This document shows positions 58,161 through 64,000 of a stretch of DNA of 64,000 nt, piece after piece (positions within the stretch are counted from its first letter, which is position 1; each line of letters opens with the position of its first letter). The DNA lies in the NCBI GenBank assembly GCA_050014195.1, contig JBEKDT010000012.1:32001-96000 (forward strand). Reading direction: 5' to 3'. The position numbers and the translations under genes were made by a program. The notes under the pieces are model-generated. The model ran no database searches. It saw only the letters and a list, made by a program, of their open reading frames with translations, and was not told the origin of the DNA. The DNA is from Desulfomonilia bacterium. Lineage in GTDB: Bacteria; Desulfobacterota; Desulfomonilia; UBA1062.

Positions 58161-60056
58161 TCAGGAGATTCTTGATCTCAGTCTTTTTGCAATGTTCGGA
58201 AAATGGTGAAGGTCGGTATGGGGCAGGAAAAGTGCTGCCGTATACTGATCCATATAGCCTGCCGTAGTGCTCAAATCGATATAGGTCATGCGCTTTGCTA
58301 ACGCCGTTTGTGAGTCTCTGTATTCCTTTGACAGGAGGCATAGGCAGGACCCCAGGAGAGAGGCATTCCCGATGTAAAGGAACTTCTCAACAGGTATATC
58401 GGGGAGCAGTCCGATGACCATGGCGTTACCGAGGTTGAGGAACCGGCCGAATGCACCTGCTATGTAAAACGTGGAAATGTCATGAAAGGATATACCGATC
58501 TGCCTGAGCATCAAAGCCGCAGCAGAATATATGGCTGCCTTGGCGCGCATGAGGTTTTCAATATCGTTTTCAGACAGGATGATCGGTTTGCCGCTGTTCG
58601 TATCTGCGGCTTCGGCAACGGTATAGGAGGCACGACGGCCATTGAGGTGAATCAAGGGGCTTGTCCTGCTCCTGTTGAGCTTGCCTGACGAATCGATCCA
58701 ACCGGAGAGAAAAAGCCCGGCAACAAGGTCTATCAGTCCGGACCCGCAGATGCCCGAAGGCCTGCCGTTGCCGATGGTCGTATATCGGGCGCTGCCCGTA
58801 TCCCCCTCAATCGTGACAGAGTCAATGGCTCCCGTAGTGGCGCGCATGCCGCAATCAATACCTCCGCCTTCAAAGGCCGGTCCTGCCGAACAGGCACAAG
58901 TCATGAGGAAATCGGAATTGCCGAGAACGATCTCACCGTTCGTGCCGATATCGATGAAAAGGCAGGTCTCTTCCTTGTTTTTCACAAGATCAGTGGCGAG
59001 AATACCGGCGGTAATATCTCCCCCCACGTAACTGCCAACACAGGGGGAGAAGGTAACGAGGGCTTCTGGGTGAATGTCCAGGCCCGTTTCAATGGCCCGG
59101 AAATGGGGAATTTGCAGCACGGTCGGCGTGTAGGGCTCCAGCCGCAGGTATTCGGGCTTGAGCCCGAGAAAGAGATGCGTCATGATCGTATTGCCCGATA
59201 TGCGGCAGCAGGTTATATCCTCTTTCAGAGTATAGGAATCATCAACAACCTCTTGAACGAGACGGTTCACGGATCGTACGGCCCTCGACCGCAAGTCCTC
59301 CAGCCTCTCCCGGGTGGATGCATAATTGATCCTGCTTATGACATCGAGCCCGCAATGGATCTGGTCATTATATCCGTTCCTGGTTGATATTACCTTTCCG
59401 CTGCCCAGATCGATCAGTTGCACGGAAATGGTGGTTGTCCCCAGATCGATTGCAATCCCCAGGTTTTTGCGCTCGGCCCGAGAGCCCTTTATATCAATGA
59501 TATGGGTCTTGCCGCTGTCAGCAGCAAGGGTGATAGTCACCATGCCGTCTTCCGCACGAAGGGCATCCGCCGATTTTTGGATAACGGATAAAGGGTAGAA
59601 TATCTCTTTTTCCTGGATCACGGATTTAAGACTGCGGCCAACCCGGTCGAGATCCGACAGGCCGTCTTCTTTCTCTGCCTTGGGGACACGCAGGCATACC
59701 TGCTGTGAGCAAGGGGAGAGGTGTAACAGTGCAGGCACGGTTTCGCAGACGGGGTTAATGCTGTCATCGAGGACCATGCAGGCCGGCTGTTCAGGGATGT
59801 TGACAATAACGTCTTCAATGATGAAGGATTGGCAGGCTACTACAAACCCGGAAGCCCTTTCTTCGTCGGTCAGCTGTATGTCTGATTTACATGCAACAGA
59901 GCCGTGGGTTATCTGGACCAGGCATTTTCCGCAGGTCCCTTTTCCTCCGCAGGGCAGCTCGATCATGATCCCTGCCCGGCCCGCGGCATCCATGAGCAAG
60001 GTGCTGGAAGGGACGTCTATGGTTTTTCCTATGGGAAGAAAGGTGATTATCGGCAT
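58161..60056 (-). CDS. ASKHA-domain reductive activator of corrinoid proteins (RACo, AcsV/DUF4445 type)
   Basis: CGGKGTCGKC, DLGTTT, GLDVISRI, DIGTNGE, CSAGPAFEG, GICGSG, AALFLPHTD; start taken at MPIITF. Confidence 0.92.
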   Translation of the reverse strand: MPIITFLPIGKTIDVPSSTLLMDAAGRAGIMIELPCGGKGTCGKCLVQITHGSVACKSDIQLTDEERASGFVVACQSFIIEDVIVNIPEQPACMVLDDSINPVCETVPALLHLSPCSQQVCLRVPKAEKEDGLSDLDRVGRSLKSVIQEKEIFYPLSVIQKSADALRAEDGMVTITLAADSGKTHIIDIKGSRAERKNLGIAIDLGTTTISVQLIDLGSGKVISTRNGYNDQIHCGLDVISRINYASTRERLEDLRSRAVRSVNRLVQEVVDDSYTLKEDITCCRISGNTIMTHLFLGLKPEYLRLEPYTPTVLQIPHFRAIETGLDIHPEALVTFSPCVGSYVGGDITAGILATDLVKNKEETCLFIDIGTNGEIVLGNSDFLMTCACSAGPAFEGGGIDCGMRATTGAIDSVTIEGDTGSARYTTIGNGRPSGICGSGLIDLVAGLFLSGWIDSSGKLNRSRTSPLIHLNGRRASYTVAEAADTNSGKPIILSENDIENLMRAKAAIYSAAALMLRQIGISFHDISTFYIAGAFGRFLNLGNAMVIGLLPDIPVEKFLYIGNASLLGSCLCLLSKEYRDSQTALAKRMTYIDLSTTAGYMDQYTAALFLPHTDLHHFPNIAKRLRSRIS

Positions 60057-60085
60057 ATGAATTTTAGTCTTATCTTTAACTGGAT

Positions 60086-60128
60086 CCCTCACCCTGACCC
60101 TCTCCCCATAATCATATGGGGAGAGAGG
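60086..60128. repeat. BoxC-like intergenic palindromic repeat
   Basis: CCCTCACCCTGACCCTCTCCCCATA-ATCA-TATGGGGAGAGAGG. Confidence 0.65.
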
Positions 60129-60435
60129 ACTGGAGATTCATGGCTTTTATGTATCATACTCCCTGTAGATCATCATGCATAAAAACTTTTTTATTCTCTC
60201 ATATGCATAGATCTCATTTGAATATCTGGAATAATCTCGATCTATAAAAATCAGATAGTTATCGCAGGGATCTATTCTTTAGTTGATCTAATGAAGATTA
60301 CGTCCTTTAAAGACAAGGTTCTTATTATCATCACCAAAAAGAATGTGAATTTAAGTCTATTTGTAAATTTCGTATTGAAACCATTATCTATGTACTCGAT
60401 CATAAAATGACACTATGCATATAATTGAATAAGCA

Positions 60436-60678
60436 TTATTTTTTAAGTTTCTTGGCGAGGTAGACTCTCAACGGGCATTGACAAAAATGCCTTAACCCGA
60501 ATGACAGAGCAAAGGAACAATTAGCAGGATTCTTCTCAAGGCAGTTGAGATAGTTCTCCAGTCCAAAATCTGTTGCCTTGCACAAATGCTTGAAGCCTCT
60601 TTCTGAACACTTAAAGTTCTTAGGGCATTGCATTCCCGCCATGATCTCTTCAATCTTCTTCCTGTCTCCGTCTTTCAT
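60436..60678 (-). CDS. Small Cys-rich hypothetical protein (80 aa)
   Basis: CPKNFKC..LC..C..C..CQCPLR; GAGGG RBS. Confidence 0.7.
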   Translation of the reverse strand: MKDGDRKKIEEIMAGMQCPKNFKCSERGFKHLCKATDFGLENYLNCLEKNPANCSFALSFGLRHFCQCPLRVYLAKKLKK

Positions 60679-61231
60679 GAATTCCCTCTTTGATGCATCA
60701 ATTAGTAGGGTATTATGCCAGGAAATCAACCCTGCCTGTGCAGCTGTTTCTTTAGTAGAATCCTAGGAAGTTTTGCAAGTGAAGATCTCTTCGATAAATG
60801 AGCGGTTTCACAAGACCTGAGAAACTGATGATAACGTGCCAGGTGCAACGCTCTGGTATAAAGTGTCTTGCTGCGTATGTTTCAAACCAAGATCTTCGGT
60901 TTTCTCTCATCTCAAAACCGTGAAGAAATCGCGTGACTGTCGAAAAACTCAAAGTATGGAAAGTGACAAAAAAAGACCTCGTAGAATGACCTACGATGGA
61001 AGATCTTTGATCGGGGCTTGTGTTAGGAATCGACGATTGAATAGTAGAAACATAGGTACTCCATAAATAACAATCATAAGAACAATAAATCCTCATAAAA
61101 AGGTCTCAAGGTTATCAAGGATAGTTCTTAATCAGCTGCCAAACCTTACCAGCGGCCTCTTCCCCTTTCCCCTGGATCGAGGAGTTTGGTTGCCATCAAA
61201 ATAAACCTCAAGTAAGGGGGATGATACCGGG

Positions 61232-61396
61232 TCAGTCTTTAGTGCGGGTACGGGTCACCCCGGTCAAGATTCCGACGCCGACAAGTATGACAATCGCGAT
61301 CATCACATAAACAGTGCTCAATTTCGCGACAATAAGGGCCCACGCAATGCCGCCAATGACAAAAGCAAAACCGATGAGATAAATTATCAAGGACAT
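61232..61396 (-). CDS. Small two-TM membrane protein (54 aa; absent from the ORF track)
   Basis: Manual translation MSLIIYLIGFAFVIGGIAWALIVAKLSTVYVMIAIVILVGVGILTGVTRTRTKD; AGGAGG RBS. Confidence 0.75.
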   Translation of the reverse strand: MSLIIYLIGFAFVIGGIAWALIVAKLSTVYVMIAIVILVGVGILTGVTRTRTKD

Positions 61397-61439
61397 GGAG
61401 TTACCTCCTGCTGAACCCAGCGACTTTTTAGGATTTTAA

Positions 61440-61500
61440 GTTATAACCTCCGGTAAAGCCGGAGGCTTGATTAAACATGAACCGCTCCAAGTGGCTTTAC
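61440..61500 (-). mobile_element. IS200/IS605-type end relic (no transposase)
   Basis: Minus strand AGCCACTTGGAGCGGTT...AAGCCTCCGGCTTTACCGGAGGTTATAAC, resembling IS200 subterminal hairpins. Confidence 0.5.
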
Positions 61501-61672
61501 CGGATAACAATTGTCCCTACCTGAACATGTTCATGTTCTGACATCTTGAATTTGGGCATACTGACTGATAGGTCTGTTGTTACATACACTTTATCCAGCA
61601 AAGAGGCCTTGATCATGTCTTTTTCATGTAATAGCACTGTTCGATCTTCTTTGCGTATCGACAAAGATCTCA

Positions 61673-62107
61673 TTATCTCCTTACGATGAGAACGGGCTTC
61701 TGTGCCTTCCGGACCACTGTATCCGTAACAGATCCAAGCAACATCTCAACGATATTGCTCTTTCCATGAGAGCCCATTATGATAGCCGATACATTTTCTT
61801 CCTCCGCCACCCTGAGGATCTCCCTGAATGGAATACCCTTATTAATTTGGGCCTTGGCGATAAAACCTTGTTCCTTTAACTCATCTTCCAGGCTGGAGAT
61901 CTCATTGAGCGCCAGTTCCTCCCATTCCTTCTCAACAGCAAGAGCATCTATCGCTGTTGAGTTGCGGAAAGAATCAATACCTCTCTCGTCAATGATGTAT
62001 AAAATGATCACTTCTTTAGTGCCTGCACCCTTTAATCCAACGATATAGGGTAATGCCTTTTTTGCGACTTCTGAAAAATCAGTTGGGTATAAGATTTTCT
62101 TAAACAT
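61673..62107 (-). CDS. Universal stress protein (UspA family)
   Basis: MFKKILYPTDFS, IIMGSHGKS...LLGSVT..VVR...PVLIVR. Confidence 0.93.
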   Translation of the reverse strand: MFKKILYPTDFSEVAKKALPYIVGLKGAGTKEVIILYIIDERGIDSFRNSTAIDALAVEKEWEELALNEISSLEDELKEQGFIAKAQINKGIPFREILRVAEEENVSAIIMGSHGKSNIVEMLLGSVTDTVVRKAQKPVLIVRR

Positions 62108-62111
62108 ATTC

Positions 62112-62265
62112 CTACACTTTCTCCTTTTCCTCTCCACTGAAAGGGATCTTGAGTTCGTAGACAGCGGATTCCAAGTGAGTTTCTATGGGGTGTCCTGTCT
62201 TTGAGAACACCTTCATCATGGGGGTATTTCGTGCCAGGACATCTGCCGTGAATCCTTTAATCTCG
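62112..62265 (-). pseudogene. C-terminal fragment of a GNAT-domain protein
   Basis: IKGFTADVLARNTPMMKVFSKTG resembles the GNAT C-terminus; 5' part replaced by a palindromic element. Confidence 0.55.
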
Positions 62266-62268
62266 TCC

Positions 62269-62343
62269 GGGTTAATTCCTCGCAGCTTTCTGCATTCCAT
62301 TTTGCTTTTTATACCTCGCATCTCTGCCGCCGGGTGGTTCACT
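62269..62343 (-). mobile_element. Short non-autonomous IS200/IS605-like palindromic element (PATE/MITE-like)
   Basis: Minus strand GTGAACCACCCGGCGGCAGAGATGCGAGGTAT...GCAGAAAGCTGCGAGGAATTAACC; two degenerate hairpins at the break point of the GNAT fragment. Confidence 0.45.
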
Positions 62344-62466
62344 TCTATTCCGGCTAGGCACCCCTCTTTTTTAAGCAGAAAGGAACATCCTCCGGCCGGT
62401 CGCCGTGTAGGAATGGGCGAGATTGAATCCTAGCGACTGTTCCACATCCCCGCTGGACCAGGATAG

Positions 62467-62658
62467 TTACTTCCCAACGTGGATATTGGAGAAGGAACTG
62501 AGAACTCCAAAAACGCTCAGGAGCCACAAGACAACGGCAATGACAACGACGGCATTCAAGATCGACTTGATGGAGCTCGCCATCGGGATGAATCGGTTGA
62601 TGAGCCAGAGAACAACACCAGTTACGACCAGGACTTCCACTACTTGAATTAAGGGCAT
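62467..62658 (-). CDS. Thivi_2564-family small membrane protein
   Basis: GVVLWLINRFIPMASSIKSILNAVVVIAVVLWLL. Confidence 0.8.
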   Translation of the reverse strand: MPLIQVVEVLVVTGVVLWLINRFIPMASSIKSILNAVVVIAVVLWLLSVFGVLSSFSNIHVGK

Positions 62659-62818
62659 GATCTAATTCTCCTTGTTTTGTCGACGAAAGCAGAACACTTA
62701 GGTCCGTTCCCGCTTATGCGCTGCTGGGTGAAGCCGATATGAGGTTCAAGCTCGCCGCCATACGTTCAAGAGCACTTGGCGCCATTTTTTGCACGTGACA
62801 CCAAACAAGCTCGGCCGC

Positions 62819-62974
62819 CTAAAGCCGACCCAGTAGCAGCAGGATGATCAGAATGACCAGGACAATTCCCAGCCCCCCGCTCGGGTAGTAACCCCACTCT
62901 CGGCTGTGAGGCCATGTGGGTATTGCACCTACCAGCATCAAAATCACGACGATAATCAAAATAGTTGCCAGCAT
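62819..62974 (-). CDS. DUF3309 family small membrane protein (second copy; absent from the ORF track)
   Basis: Manual translation MLATILIIVVILMLVGAIPTWPHSREWGYYPSGGLGIVLVILIILLLLGRL; AGGAGG RBS. Confidence 0.9.
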   Translation of the reverse strand: MLATILIIVVILMLVGAIPTWPHSREWGYYPSGGLGIVLVILIILLLLGRL

Positions 62975-63041
62975 ATGGCTCCTCCTTTCAGTTTATCCGT
63001 GAACGTAGCGTTGGGCGGATACTTTCAACGGCCTTGGCCAT

Positions 63042-63146
63042 TTGAACTTTGAAGCCCTAGCTGTTGAAGGCAGTCTTGACATCCGTCCAGACGTTTTCTG
63101 TACCTGTCTTGAGGTCCTCCCATGCATCATCGCCGTTGGCCCTTAT
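63042..63146 (-). pseudogene. Remnant of a small coiled-coil stress protein
   Basis: IRANGDDAWEDLKTGTENVWTDVKTAFNS-stop, then SKFK in a shifted frame; no start codon. Confidence 0.5.
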
Positions 63147-63232
63147 CCTTCCCCTAAGGGGATGGCCGTAGGAGGACCCTCACCACTGCGCCAGAAAGTC
63201 AACCCAGGTTGCCGATTTTATAAAAAATTCTA

Positions 63233-63802
63233 CTAAAACCGATTTAGATCCGTTTCCAATGAGTCAAGCCGATGGGAAATGTCTGTTCTCTCCTCGTACG
63301 TGGCGTATCTGCCTTCTTCCGTCATCCGAAAATAATCACTCCGGATGGCGTCTAGTCTGGCTTGAAATTCTCTCCCCTCTGTCTGAGGCAAGCGCCCGTT
63401 GGTTCTTCCATCATCGATTCTCCTTTGGAGTGAGACAATCCTGTCCCCATTCCTTGGTTCTCTTGGTTGTTCAATTTTTGCAGGCCGGGCAAGCGCTCTG
63501 TCGATCTCCGCTCCAAGCGCATCAAGTCTTATATGAAGCTTGTCCCATTCGTCCCGCTCGACCCTTTTGTCTCTCAGCTCCGTATAGTCTGTTCGAATAC
63601 CCTTCAGTGTCGTGAGAAACATCTGGGACTGATCAGGGCTAAGCGCACCGGATTTCAGCCCATCCCCGATCTTCTCCTGGATTACAACCATCTTGCTCTC
63701 TGCATTCCTTTCAGAATCCGGCCATGTTTGGATAGTAGCGCAGCCCGAAAATAAGGCTAATCCGAAAATCGTTAACACTGACAGCAGAATAACCTTCTTC
63801 AT
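63233..63802 (-). CDS. Hypothetical lipoprotein with internally duplicated helical repeat
   Basis: Lipobox FSGC; repeats QEKIGDGLKSGALS...RLDAL and QRRIDDGRTNGRLP...RLDSL. Confidence 0.8.
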   Translation of the reverse strand: MKKVILLSVLTIFGLALFSGCATIQTWPDSERNAESKMVVIQEKIGDGLKSGALSPDQSQMFLTTLKGIRTDYTELRDKRVERDEWDKLHIRLDALGAEIDRALARPAKIEQPREPRNGDRIVSLQRRIDDGRTNGRLPQTEGREFQARLDAIRSDYFRMTEEGRYATYEERTDISHRLDSLETDLNRF

Positions 63803-63812
63803 TTGTCACCTC

Positions 63813-63936
63813 CTATTTTACAATCAGGTCGTTTTTCACCGATTTGACACCCTCAATGCTGTCGGCAATCTCTTAAGAGTGCGGTTATCAGCCCGACGCA
63901 GACGAGGAATTTCACCATACGATCTCGTTTTACCAT
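63813..63936 (-). pseudogene. Internally deleted BON-domain lipoprotein gene
   Basis: RBS + MVKRDRMVKFLVCVGLITALL joined out of frame to IADSIEGVKSVKNDLIVK-stop (compare 43132 ORF ending VKGVKSIKNNLIVK). Confidence 0.7.
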
Positions 63937-64000
63937 ACAGGCATCTCCTTTCCCGTAGAGGACCATATGAGGAATTCCATGGAGTCCTTTTTATTGGAAC

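Noticed and set aside
60752-61096. ORFs 60752-61096 and 60836-61066, and an IS-end-like GACTGTCGAAAAACTC
   Set aside because: No recognisable protein features and no partner inverted repeat or transposase

Overview
A 64 kb chromosomal window from an anaerobic bacterium; the gene content suggests Desulfobacterota/Syntrophia (inference). It has five parts. (1) 1-4.2 kb: TPR fragment, GH13 amylase, acyl-CoA ligase and enoyl-CoA hydratase. (2) 4.4-13 kb (+): TetR-led corrinoid methyltransferase operon (2 corrinoid proteins, 2 UroD/MT2 methyltransferases, QueG-like Fe-S protein, homocysteine methyltransferase, RACo activator, MetH reactivation domain). The first MT2 has an in-frame UGA at the conserved metal-ligand Cys followed by a SECIS-like hairpin, so it is probably a selenoprotein. 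(3) 13-32 kb (-): convergent CoA-ester operon with two 2-hydroxyacyl-CoA dehydratase/benzoyl-CoA reductase-type pairs, three ATP-dependent activators, a CooC-like ATPase with a truncated acetyl-CoA-synthase-like protein, two atypical acyl-CoA dehydrogenases and three paralogous proteins of unknown function. (4) Amino-acid ABC transporter, tRNA-Thr(CGT), then an accessory region (34.7-53.6 kb) with kaiC-kaiB-kaiB followed by a PAS-PAS sigma54 activator. Three near-identical sigma54 promoter/enhancer cassettes there precede operons of BON/CsbD/DUF3309/OmpA stress genes. (5) TetR, HMG-CoA-reductase-like and FATP-type ligase genes, a second RACo, and a decaying second stress cluster with IS200/IS605-type relics. 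No CRISPR array, rRNA, integrase or intact transposase was seen. All family calls are by motif recognition; no searches were run.
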